A stretch of 64,000 nucleotides of DNA from a virus. Taxonomy: Duplodnaviria > Caudoviricetes. The position numbers and the translations under genes were made by a program. Below the pieces are notes generated by a model. It ran no database searches. It was not told the origin of the DNA and saw only the letters and a program-made list of their open reading frames with translations. The stretch spans positions 32,001 to 96,000 of IMG/VR virus record IMGVR_UViG_2974602183_000001; one strand, given 5' to 3'. Every line of letters begins with the position of its first letter. Position 1 is the stretch's first letter. Below, in pieces: positions 13,762 to 22,615 of the stretch.

Positions 13762-14592
13762 TTATTCTGAGAACGGGTATGTTATGCTCTCGTGAGAGGT
13801 GTAACCTTCTAGAGTGAAGTCTTCCTTAGTTACCCAAGTTTGTAGGTCTTCTAAAGTCTTAATCTCAGGATTGATGGTTAGTTTAGGCTTACAGAACATA
13901 CTAATGCGGCACATTTGTTCTTCAAACAGCTCTAACTGGTCTTCATAAATGTGTGCATTATTAATTATATGCGTAACTTTTCCTGGCTTATGTCCAGTTA
14001 TCTGTGCCATTAGTGCTAGGAGTACGTAGCACTGAATAGCGTTCCACGACCCCGCCATTGGTACATCTGCACTTCGCTGGATACTAGTCATATGCAGAGT
14101 TCCATTTATTAGCTGGAAACTATGGGTGTGCATACAAGGTCGTAGACAAGCTTTTGCAAAAGTTTCTGGACGCCAGAAGGTAATGATTTCGCCTCGGTCG
14201 TCGATACCAGCCTTCAGGTTCTTGTATACCTTTACAAAGTCAGCCTGAGCTACTGCTCCATAGATTTGTCCACAATCGTTCTCTCCCTTCCTATGGGGGT
14301 TATTTAGCCAAGCCTTTGTTTTGTTGGCATTAGAGAACCAGGTTGGGGCACCTATATCCGCAAAATCTTGTGCGTTTGTTAAACCCCGTACATACCCTAG
14401 CAGCTCCATGATAGGGCCACGGTATGCTTGTTTACGGGTGGTATCTATCGGAAAATCGCCAGCACCTACATCGTAGGTAGCTATATGGATGGGGATAGTT
14501 AGGCAGTTCTTGCCGGTTCTCTCATTGTAAATCCACTCGCCTTCCGTCAGGATTTTGTTACCAAGTTCTAATAGTTTTTGTGTGCCTTTCAA
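13762..14592 (-). CDS. thyA: thymidylate synthase
   Basis: ERTG, LRPC catalytic Cys, QRSAD, AHIYEDQ. Confidence 0.97.
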   Translation of the reverse strand: MKGTQKLLELGNKILTEGEWIYNERTGKNCLTIPIHIATYDVGAGDFPIDTTRKQAYRGPIMELLGYVRGLTNAQDFADIGAPTWFSNANKTKAWLNNPHRKGENDCGQIYGAVAQADFVKVYKNLKAGIDDRGEIITFWRPETFAKACLRPCMHTHSFQLINGTLHMTSIQRSADVPMAGSWNAIQCYVLLALMAQITGHKPGKVTHIINNAHIYEDQLELFEEQMCRISMFCKPKLTINPEIKTLEDLQTWVTKEDFTLEGYTSHESITYPFSE

Positions 14593-15122
14593 TTTTCTCT
14601 CCTAAGGATGGAAACGCAGTAGTGGTAATCCCCTTCACAGCCTGCGGATATCACTTCTAACTTCCTAGTTGGGTGGTAATACAACTTTGATGTGTCTACA
14701 TAGACATCAGCGCTCATTGCATGGATGCCTAAAGGTTTTATGTAGGTATGTAGTATTTCTTGGGCAAAAGGAGCGCATGTTTCCACTACTCCTGCACCTC
14801 CGATAACACATACACACCTATCAAATAGAAACACAATAGAATGTAGTAACAGCTCGGTAATTGCTTCGTTCAGGATTAAGTCTGGTTTTGAACCGTCCTT
14901 CGCCTGAACTTCCCTACTAGACAATACTACGTGTTTTCTGCCAGGTAGTTTAGTGGGTAGTGATTCGAATGTTGCGCTACCCATAAGTAGTGTACAGTCT
15001 TCCGTAAACCTACGAAATTCCTTCATGTCTGCGGACAGGGGCTTACCCCAAGGCAGCCCTCCCTTTAACCCAAACTCGCCCCGTTCTCCTGTGGCTACAG
15101 CCAGTTTAATCATTGCGGTCAT
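14589..15122 (-). CDS. folA: dihydrofolate reductase
   Basis: GLPW, DMKEF, LMGSATFESLP, LPGR, VIGG. Confidence 0.95.
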   Translation of the reverse strand: MTAMIKLAVATGERGEFGLKGGLPWGKPLSADMKEFRRFTEDCTLLMGSATFESLPTKLPGRKHVVLSSREVQAKDGSKPDLILNEAITELLLHSIVFLFDRCVCVIGGAGVVETCAPFAQEILHTYIKPLGIHAMSADVYVDTSKLYYHPTRKLEVISAGCEGDYHYCVSILRREN

Positions 15123-15279
15123 ATAGTTCCTGAGTTAGTGCGGCCTCCATACGGACAAGATTTCGATGCTCTTTCTCTAGGCGTCGCTGCTCATCTTGGA
15201 TTAGATGAATGCGAGAACAAATTTGTTGTTTAGTTAGGCTAGCTAAGTCAACTTCTCGTAGGTCAAGTACTTTGTCCAT
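15106..15279 (-). CDS. small coiled-coil protein (57 aa)
   Basis: GGAG SD after promoter 15306-15335; MDKVLDLREVDLASL... Confidence 0.55.
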   Translation of the reverse strand: MDKVLDLREVDLASLTKQQICSRIHLIQDEQRRLEKEHRNLVRMEAALTQELYDRND

Positions 15280-15341
15280 AGGGTTTCTCCATCAATTAAA
15301 AATATATTATAAGCCAATTCAAATTGAATTGGCTATTGTAA

Positions 15342-16430
15342 TTATTCGAAATCAGCGTCGAAGTCCATGTCTCCGAAGTCAAGGTCGTCACTGTCATCCG
15401 AAATTGCCCCGATTTGGTAGGACGTAATTTGGATTTCTTGAGCTGCTGCCTGCATCTTACTAGAGTCAATGTACTTGGTCATGTAAGGTAGTGGGTTTTC
15501 TTTAATAACTTCAAAGTCAAACGGGATGCCTAGTGCTTCGTACACAGGACGAGCCATGTATAGGATGTAAGACTGTAGTAGCTTCTCATTAAGCCCTACC
15601 ATGTTATCCTCTTCAAAGATATAAGATGCCCAATCTAGTTCTTGCTGAACTACTTCATCCAGGATTGCTTTCAGCTCTTCTGTCATAAGAGCTGCTTCTG
15701 CCGCCCAGCCCTCTTTGTAAAGAAGAATGTTCAGAATCTCGTAATCGAATCGTGTATGTAGTTGCTCATCACGACAGATAAGAGTTACTAGCTGCCCAAT
15801 ACCTTGGAAGACTTTAGCTTCCGTGATGGCGAAAGTAACAGCAAAAGAACCCATGAAAGAAATAGCTTCTAAGGCAAACAATGCTACTAATGCGCGTAAT
15901 AGCGCACGTTTCACTTCTCGCTCACTAGCCTCTTTCGGCAGGTCTTCTAAAGCATCGAATGCTTTTACGATGTTTTGAGAACGCATGATAACCTGCGCAT
16001 TCTCGTAAGTTTCCTGCATCATTTCCGTTGGGTCTTGGAAGGTTTGCTTTACGATATGTGCGTATGTTCGGTTATGGATAGTCTCAAAGAACGCCCAGAG
16101 GTTAATTAGGTTTTCTAGCTCGGGGTTCGTTACGTGCTTAAGTAATAGTGCTCCGATGGAACGAGCCGCTACTGCGTCGGCTAGCATTTGCCAACTAATC
16201 GTGCGTTGCATAGGACGTACTAGGCCTTGTGGTGCCTTTTGCATGTCCATGCGGTCTTGAGTTAGGCTAACTTCAAACTCGTTCCAGATTTGGGCTACCT
16301 GGTCTTGGTACAGCTCCTCTAGTTCAGGGTAGGTTACGTTTACAGTATCCGGTAAGCCCATTTGTTCGTCTAGGAAGAGTTTGTATTTTTGCTTCTTATA
16401 GCCTGTGTTGTTAGGGTTGAACTTACTCAA
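15342..16430 (-). CDS. nrdB: ribonucleotide reductase class Ia beta subunit
   Basis: ETIHNRTY, EAISF, RDEQLH diiron ligands; QEIQITSY tail. Confidence 0.96.
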   Translation of the reverse strand: MSKFNPNNTGYKKQKYKLFLDEQMGLPDTVNVTYPELEELYQDQVAQIWNEFEVSLTQDRMDMQKAPQGLVRPMQRTISWQMLADAVAARSIGALLLKHVTNPELENLINLWAFFETIHNRTYAHIVKQTFQDPTEMMQETYENAQVIMRSQNIVKAFDALEDLPKEASEREVKRALLRALVALFALEAISFMGSFAVTFAITEAKVFQGIGQLVTLICRDEQLHTRFDYEILNILLYKEGWAAEAALMTEELKAILDEVVQQELDWASYIFEEDNMVGLNEKLLQSYILYMARPVYEALGIPFDFEVIKENPLPYMTKYIDSSKMQAAAQEIQITSYQIGAISDDSDDLDFGDMDFDADFE

Positions 16431-16603
16431 CTTAGTTCTCCTTCAATAATATGTACTAAACGTTTAGCGTCTAGGAAAGAGGTGAGACCGAAAGTGCTCT
16501 TTAGCAACTTTCCTGCATCTAACTTAGTAAGCCCGGCAGCGCGAGCTGCCAGGTATACTTCTTTATGTTCTGGAATATACGGAGTATATGTGGGAAAACA
16601 CAT
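16427..16603 (-). CDS. hypothetical protein (58 aa)
   Basis: fills nrdA-nrdB gap with overlapping stop/start at both ends. Confidence 0.55.
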   Translation of the reverse strand: MCFPTYTPYIPEHKEVYLAARAAGLTKLDAGKLLKSTFGLTSFLDAKRLVHIIEGELS

Positions 16604-19600
16604 TATAGTTTACAACCTCCTTCACAGCCCTCGTCTACCTCGGCATTAGCTGCCGCTATAGCATCCTGCGCTGTTTTTGATGTTTTGTCTTTAGTGTTTT
16701 GGTAGTACAGGGATTTAGTTCCTGACTTCCAGAAGTAAATGATTTGTTTGATTAGCTCAGACATAGGAACCTTACCATTAGGGTAGTTCTCAGGAACTAC
16801 GTAAGTATCCGCTGAGATACCTTGGTCTGTCCAGTCCTGCACTCGGCTGTAGTACTGCATGTGGCGAGTATTAGGCACTTCCCAAGCTGTCAAGAAGTTC
16901 TCTTGGTCAACAATGAACTGTACGTTACCTGTTCGTGCTTTCTTGTAGATTACACGCTCACGAGGAGGGTATAGGCCATTTGACGCACCACTAAACACAG
17001 CACTAGATTCTGTAGGCATGTGTGCTACTAGAACTGAGTGTCTGCGAGGAAGACCGCGAATCGACTCCCATGACATGATAGGCTCGTACTTCTTATTGAC
17101 TCGTGTGTCGATAGGCAGCCAATCAGTAATTCCTGTTACAGACTCTCCTGCCTCTTTAGCCATCTTGATAGATGCTTTATACAGGAAGAACATGTGCTGT
17201 TCTGCTAGACGAGACACAGCTTCCAGAGATTCTGGAGAGCCATCGTAGTCCAGGCCATTCTTATACAGGAACTGTGCTAGGCCAGTGATACCGATACCTA
17301 CAGAACGACGCTTTAGCATCTGCTTCTTCATAGGCTCAGTAAGGCCAGGTGCTTTTTCAATCATGCTATCCACGGTGCGTAACGCTACTTCCACGATATG
17401 TTCGATTTCATGTTCTTCAACGTTAGCATAGTTGATTGCTGATAAGCTACAGAATGCTGTCTCACCAATAGAATCACCATTCTCGTCACCTACGTATAAG
17501 TCTAGCATATCTACATATGGTTTAGTAGGTAGGAAGATTTCTTGACATTGCCCTGTCAGAATACCGGCGAACATACCCATACCACGCTTCTCTTCCGTGA
17601 AGCAGAAAGTGTCGTCCACCCGACCTTCGTCTAATACTTCTACTACCTTAATGAAACGCTTAGCGTCTCGTTGTGGTTTTCTAGGTTTCCAACTCAGGCG
17701 CTCTGTAGAGAACCCTAACTCAGATAACTTAAATAACCCATTAGATGTAACGATTAGGCGGTACGACTCCTTACAGTTGAAGTACCCTACGTTACCTGAG
17801 CCATCGTTTAGCGGTAGCAATTGCTTGCCACTTTTCATGTGTTTAACTACTTTTGAGTCCACACCTAAAGTTTGTAACATTAACTGTACGTCTTTTAGGA
17901 ACTCTTTCTCTACCGATACGGCCACTAGCTGTTCGTTTGTACCGTTCCTATAGATGCAACCATCAGCATCCATGTAGCCAGCTAACCATTGAAGACGAGA
18001 TTCAATAGAGTAAGTATTGTCTGGTACGAAAAACTTGTCTCGTAGGCCTGCTACGTTCCCGTAGACTCGATTTTGTTCCGGTTGTTCTTGAAGTCCAGTA
18101 AAGCTAAACTTACCTAGGAGGTCTCGCTTCTCCCCGTATAGGTAAACGCGTCTATCTTTTCCTACTTGGCAACCATCGCCAGAGAAGAACCCGTTTTGGT
18201 ATGCTAGAGGTAAATCCTCGCTACCCTCAATAACCGGTAGGTCGAACTTAATAAGCTTGTCACCCGCCTGTAGTTCGTGGGCACGCTTCTCTACTACCTT
18301 ACCCTTACCATGCCCTACCTGTACGTAGAACTTGTGGTACTCTGTACACTCAAGCTCTTGTCCCGAATCTGTTACTACACGTACTAGTTTTTGGCTTGTT
18401 CCTGTCTTCCTTACAGTTGTAGTAGTGAACTCTTCTCCGTTCCACACCTCTACCTTAGAGCCCTCTAGCTCCGCTATAGGTACGTAACCGTTTCGCGTTA
18501 GGATAGGGGTCTCTGGAGCAACACATAGGTTTGATAGACGAATAGGGTCTTCAAAAGGTGTATGCGAGTTAGCTCGTGAAGCATTAAAACAGTATACACG
18601 TCCAGTCTCTTGGCGTGCTGTTAGGAACTGCTTAAGTAGAGATAAGGCATCTACTGAGCCTGCACTCTTATATTTAGAGCCTTCTGCTTCCCATTCCGCT
18701 AGAGTTACTTTCTCTTTCGAGAAGAATAGCTCGTGCATCTTAGGCGCTTCTAGTAGGTCGTACAGCTTCCACTCTCGCTTAGCTATTACAGCTTCCATGA
18801 ACGCATCATTAATACAGAAGCTATAGTCCAGTTTATCAATACGTTCCTCAATGTCCACTTTCTGTGTCTTCCATTGAAGAAGTTTCTGAATCTCTGGGTC
18901 AATACACTTGTAAGATACTGTTGCTGAACCACCACGGGTTTGTTGCGTCAATGCCTTAACAGCCGAATCAATTCGTTTGTACAGAGAGTGCTTGCCTAAG
19001 TGCTCTACTCGACCGTTCTTGACAGGGGCACCTTTACTACGAGTGTCTAGCTCGATACCGATACCTGCTTTTTTCGCTGTCATTTCATACGCGATATGGT
19101 CTGCTACACCTAGTGAGTGTGTGTTGTCACCACCGGAAATTACACAGCAAGAAACGGAGTCAAAGTCACCTGTACGACCACCGTTTAAGGCAGGCGTTGG
19201 TAGGTTAATCTTTCCTCGTACAATTGCTCGTGCAGTATCCAGAGCTAGCTGCGTGTCTCCATGATGTGCTAAACCGATGCCGATGGCACCTAAAGCAACT
19301 GGCTCTACACACAAGCCTTCGTATTTGGTACAGTATTTATCAGACCATTGCTTAATAGTCCAGTACTCTAGAGGGATATTGGATAGTTCGATTAGCCAAT
19401 TCTCCCACTCAGGGTTATATTTAGGTAGTGTTACTTCACACCATAAACCAAGTTCAATTAGCTGCTCCATGGAACCTTTGAAGTCATCTACTCCATCAAT
19501 ACCTAGTCGTTCGGCGTTTTTTAGGATAATAGCTTCTTCTAGGCGTGCGGCAGCACGAGTATATGCTAAATCTTCTTTTAGAAGACAGTAACGAATCATA

Positions 19601-19770
19601 CTCTCTAGGATTTCTTGAGTTGACACACCGTCATATAAGTTCTTTAGCGTGTTAAGGGAGATATCCGACATCATAGTCGGGTCTACCGCTGCGTATTCTG
19701 CTAGGCGGTTAAGTTTGGTTGCGGAGAATGGTTCTGTTCGTCCGTCGTGCTTTACTACTGTTGAAATCAA
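16603..19770 (-). CDS. nrdA: ribonucleotide reductase class Ia alpha subunit with intein
   Basis: ATP cone, PTP, SCC, SNL-[intein]-CQEI, MPTESS, SLYY, C-terminal CEGGCKL. Confidence 0.97.
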   Translation of the reverse strand: MISTVVKHDGRTEPFSATKLNRLAEYAAVDPTMMSDISLNTLKNLYDGVSTQEILESMIRYCLLKEDLAYTRAAARLEEAIILKNAERLGIDGVDDFKGSMEQLIELGLWCEVTLPKYNPEWENWLIELSNIPLEYWTIKQWSDKYCTKYEGLCVEPVALGAIGIGLAHHGDTQLALDTARAIVRGKINLPTPALNGGRTGDFDSVSCCVISGGDNTHSLGVADHIAYEMTAKKAGIGIELDTRSKGAPVKNGRVEHLGKHSLYKRIDSAVKALTQQTRGGSATVSYKCIDPEIQKLLQWKTQKVDIEERIDKLDYSFCINDAFMEAVIAKREWKLYDLLEAPKMHELFFSKEKVTLAEWEAEGSKYKSAGSVDALSLLKQFLTARQETGRVYCFNASRANSHTPFEDPIRLSNLCVAPETPILTRNGYVPIAELEGSKVEVWNGEEFTTTTVRKTGTSQKLVRVVTDSGQELECTEYHKFYVQVGHGKGKVVEKRAHELQAGDKLIKFDLPVIEGSEDLPLAYQNGFFSGDGCQVGKDRRVYLYGEKRDLLGKFSFTGLQEQPEQNRVYGNVAGLRDKFFVPDNTYSIESRLQWLAGYMDADGCIYRNGTNEQLVAVSVEKEFLKDVQLMLQTLGVDSKVVKHMKSGKQLLPLNDGSGNVGYFNCKESYRLIVTSNGLFKLSELGFSTERLSWKPRKPQRDAKRFIKVVEVLDEGRVDDTFCFTEEKRGMGMFAGILTGQCQEIFLPTKPYVDMLDLYVGDENGDSIGETAFCSLSAINYANVEEHEIEHIVEVALRTVDSMIEKAPGLTEPMKKQMLKRRSVGIGITGLAQFLYKNGLDYDGSPESLEAVSRLAEQHMFFLYKASIKMAKEAGESVTGITDWLPIDTRVNKKYEPIMSWESIRGLPRRHSVLVAHMPTESSAVFSGASNGLYPPRERVIYKKARTGNVQFIVDQENFLTAWEVPNTRHMQYYSRVQDWTDQGISADTYVVPENYPNGKVPMSELIKQIIYFWKSGTKSLYYQNTKDKTSKTAQDAIAAANAEVDEGCEGGCKL
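17548..18525 (-). mobile_element. intein (326 aa) with LAGLIDADG endonuclease
   Basis: N-term CVAPET, block B ECTEYHKF, GFFSGDG and LAGYMDADG, C-term LTGQ/C. Confidence 0.95.
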
Positions 19771-19800
19771 TTAATGCTCCTCTCTCAATTTCTGGAAAGT

Positions 19801-19829
19801 ATTATACAAAATGTTGGGAATATCCGCAA
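19801..19829 (-). promoter_or_regulatory. nrdA promoter
   Basis: TTGCGG-17-TATAAT. Confidence 0.65.
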
Positions 19830-19844
19830 ATGAATTTTTGAAGA

Positions 19845-19869
19845 ATAAAACCCCGCACTAGGCGGGGTT
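19845..19869 (-). terminator. intrinsic terminator after phoH
   Basis: AACCCCGC-CTAGT-GCGGGGTT-TTATT. Confidence 0.8.
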
Positions 19870-19873
19870 AGTT

Positions 19874-21310
19874 TTAAAGGTGCTCGTCAGCAAATTTAGC
19901 TAGGCGAGAGCGGTGTACTCCACCTAGTGTAATCACCTTGGCGAACGGTTCTCCATGGAATTTTTCGGTAGTACAGGCTAGTGCCGAAGTTCTTGGGGTT
20001 ACAATTGGAGAGTCAATCTGATTTAGGGAGCCCATTAGGACAACCTTACAGTACTCACCCGCACGGGAGATTATGGTTTTAACTTGTGACTGAGTTAGGT
20101 TTTGAATTTCGTCTATAATGAAGACTTTGTGAACGATAGAACGGCCACGCATAAAGTTCAGCGCTTTAGCTTGGATGAACGCATCACCACCTTGCTCGTC
20201 AGTTGGAGTATCAGTTGAGCTAACAATGGAGTTATTAGGGTGTAGCTTCATGTTCTTGGTTACTCGTGCCAGGTGCTCTAAGTTATCAGTAACACCACTT
20301 AACCACGGTTTGGTCTTCTCAGACTCATTACCAGGTAAGAAACCAATATCGTCGAACTGAGAGTGCATGCTTCGGGAAACGATAACGTCGTAGTGACGGT
20401 AGCCACGTTTTCCTTTAACCATCTCTACTGCTGCTGCCATAGCTAGCAAAGTCTTACCAGAACCTGCGGCACCGTTAATAATCACAATGTCTAGTTCAGG
20501 GTCTAGTAGGGCGTCTAGGGCAATGGCTTGGTAAAAGTCTTTAGGAACAATACCAGAAGCCTTGCGGTTCAGGAATTGTCCAGCGTTTACGAAAGTAAAT
20601 TCGAGGTACATACCATCTTCGTAGCGAGAATCGCCCTCTACAGGCCCCTCTAGCTGAGCGAAGATACCGTCTTCCTCGTTGATTAACCAATCGTTGATAC
20701 CGAAAGGTTCATCTCCCAGTAATTCTTCGATTACTGAGGTTTTAATTAGGGTGCGACCGCAAGATTTTGAGATAACGTCATCGTTACCTACAGTGCTTAG
20801 CCAGCCGTCTGGCACTTCAAAGTAACCACGAGGTAATAGGTCAGGGTCTTGAACCACTACATCATTACGATACTCTTGAACTTGTTGTACGCCTGCGCCC
20901 CTAGCCTTTAAGCGCATGCAAACATCGTTAGTTACGAGAACAGGTGAGCCCTTGAAAGCTTCTGAGCCTTCGGCTGGTTCTTGCTGATGAATCGTTGCAT
21001 TGATAATTGCATCGTCCGGACAAGTAACTTTAATGGCTTCAGGGACACCGATGTTAGGTAAAACGAATAGTCGTCCACCTGAGTTCATTTCAACGCCGTC
21101 CTCAATAGCATCCATATCTCGGATGATTGAGTCTAGGGTACGGATGACAGCTCGGGCGTCGCGGGCTACATCTCTGTCACTTGACTTCTGTCGGTCTAGC
21201 TCCTCTAGTACAGTCATTGGGATTGCTACGTTATGCTCCTCAAACTTAAGAACAGCATGAGGGTCAGAAAGTAGTACGTTGGTATCTAGTATATATAGTT
21301 TTTGTGACAT
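19874..21310 (-). CDS. phoH: PIN-PhoH (PhoH2-like) protein
   Basis: ILDTNVLL PIN start, GAAGSGKT, MRGRS, DEIQN, HRSRLA. Confidence 0.95.
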   Translation of the reverse strand: MSQKLYILDTNVLLSDPHAVLKFEEHNVAIPMTVLEELDRQKSSDRDVARDARAVIRTLDSIIRDMDAIEDGVEMNSGGRLFVLPNIGVPEAIKVTCPDDAIINATIHQQEPAEGSEAFKGSPVLVTNDVCMRLKARGAGVQQVQEYRNDVVVQDPDLLPRGYFEVPDGWLSTVGNDDVISKSCGRTLIKTSVIEELLGDEPFGINDWLINEEDGIFAQLEGPVEGDSRYEDGMYLEFTFVNAGQFLNRKASGIVPKDFYQAIALDALLDPELDIVIINGAAGSGKTLLAMAAAVEMVKGKRGYRHYDVIVSRSMHSQFDDIGFLPGNESEKTKPWLSGVTDNLEHLARVTKNMKLHPNNSIVSSTDTPTDEQGGDAFIQAKALNFMRGRSIVHKVFIIDEIQNLTQSQVKTIISRAGEYCKVVLMGSLNQIDSPIVTPRTSALACTTEKFHGEPFAKVITLGGVHRSRLAKFADEHL

Positions 21311-21533
21311 TTAGTTTCCTTTTTCTCGTAATAGAGCTTTTCAACTTAGACTATATCATATCAAATATGGGGCATAGATGCAAGTAAAATTTTCTAAAGC
21401 TCACTAACCTACAGTTGTGGTGGTTATTAGAGCGATTTTAAAAATTTTACTTGCCATGAAGGAGGAAGATAGGGTATTAGATATCATTACTAATTTTACG
21501 CGTGCGCGCGAGGAGGATTCCGTAAAAATTTAG

Positions 21534-21562
21534 TAGCCAGGGAGCCGGTTATTTTGTATAAT
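21534..21562 (+). promoter_or_regulatory. phage promoter (divergent from phoH)
   Basis: TAGCCA-17-TATAAT. Confidence 0.65.
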
Positions 21563-21598
21563 ATGCGTATATTCGAAAAATAACCAAAGAGAGCGCAC

Positions 21599-21979
21599 AT
21601 GATTTGGACTAACTACCATGTAAAAGTACACCACCAGATTAAGAAACTAACAGATACTGCCGTAGCTTTGGGAATGGCTCTGGTATGTAGCAACCAGGGG
21701 TTTTCTGTGGCTGTCCATAGGCCTGGGAAAGATGCTTGGGCGCTGCATAAACTTATCAGTATCCATAACCATCACTTCTCTTCTCCTTTCTACCAAGAGT
21801 TAAGTGAGTGGCAAAAGAGGGAAGTGCAAAAGTTACTATTGAAGCCGTACTTTCCTGTAACTATTCAACGCAGCAAAGGTGTCTTAATTACTCCTGATAT
21901 GCGAGCAGAAGAAAGGTTGCATTACATCGAACTTAGACGAAATAAACTAGTTGAACTAGGAATGTGGACTCGTAAATAA
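21599..21979 (+). CDS. hypothetical protein
   Basis: first ORF after strand switch. Confidence 0.75.
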   Translation: MIWTNYHVKVHHQIKKLTDTAVALGMALVCSNQGFSVAVHRPGKDAWALHKLISIHNHHFSSPFYQELSEWQKREVQKLLLKPYFPVTIQRSKGVLITPDMRAEERLHYIELRRNKLVELGMWTRK

Positions 21980-21988
21980 AAAATAGAG

Positions 21989-22017
21989 TTGACGTTTTTC
22001 TTTTCCTTTAGTATACT
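21989..22017 (+). promoter_or_regulatory. near-consensus sigma70 promoter
   Basis: TTGACG-17-TATACT with A tract upstream. Confidence 0.75.
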
Positions 22018-22110
22018 ATATATCTATTCTCTAAAAGGTCTGGACAACCTTTCCCTCAAGTACGCTGGTACTTCTTTAATAAGAGAACTCCTATATACCC
22101 TTTAATTAGG

Positions 22111-22148
22111 GTATTCTTAAATGTTCGGTTCTGAGCATTTAAGAATAC
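22111..22148. repeat. 13-bp perfect inverted repeat
   Basis: GTATTCTTAAATG / CATTTAAGAATAC. Confidence 0.9.
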
Positions 22149-22191
22149 TTTAAGAAAGTAAGTCTTAGCAGCACTATGTCTTAAAAGGCGC

Positions 22192-22360
22192 GACTATCAC
22201 TTTGTAGCCTCAATCCTCGGATTGTGTGAGTCAGTTAACTTCTGTCGACGTGTGGCTTGTAAAGGACTTTATCACCAAGTACGTAACTCCCTGCTTAAAT
22301 GCAAGACTATCACTTTGTAGCCTCAATCCTCGGATTGTGTGAGTCAGTTAACTTCTGTCG
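22192..22360 (+). repeat. two exact 56-bp direct repeats (22192-22247, 22305-22360)
   Basis: GACTATCACTTTGTAGCCTCAATCCTCGGATTGTGTGAGTCAGTTAACTTCTGTCG twice, period 113 bp. Confidence 0.95.
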
Positions 22361-22615
22361 GGTGGGACGTCGGTGAGGCGAGACCTGAGATTTACAATCG
22401 TAAAGTGTTAACACAGAATAAATTTTGCTACCCCGAGCTTCTTGACTCTTGTCTAGCTCAGCCGAGCATTATTACGTCCAAATTCTGTGAGATACTCGAA
22501 ATCTCGCGAGTATATAAAAAATAATATAGTGGCAAAAAATTAACCACCATAGGAGTATAGTTATTAAAGAGAATATCCATGAGCGTATCTCGCTACAGTA
22601 TGGAGGATTTCGCAC

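Noticed and set aside
22192-22360. Repeat-spacer-repeat as a mini CRISPR array
   Set aside because: Only two copies; 56-bp repeat and 57-bp spacer are outside usual CRISPR sizes; no cas genes; location favours origin/leader
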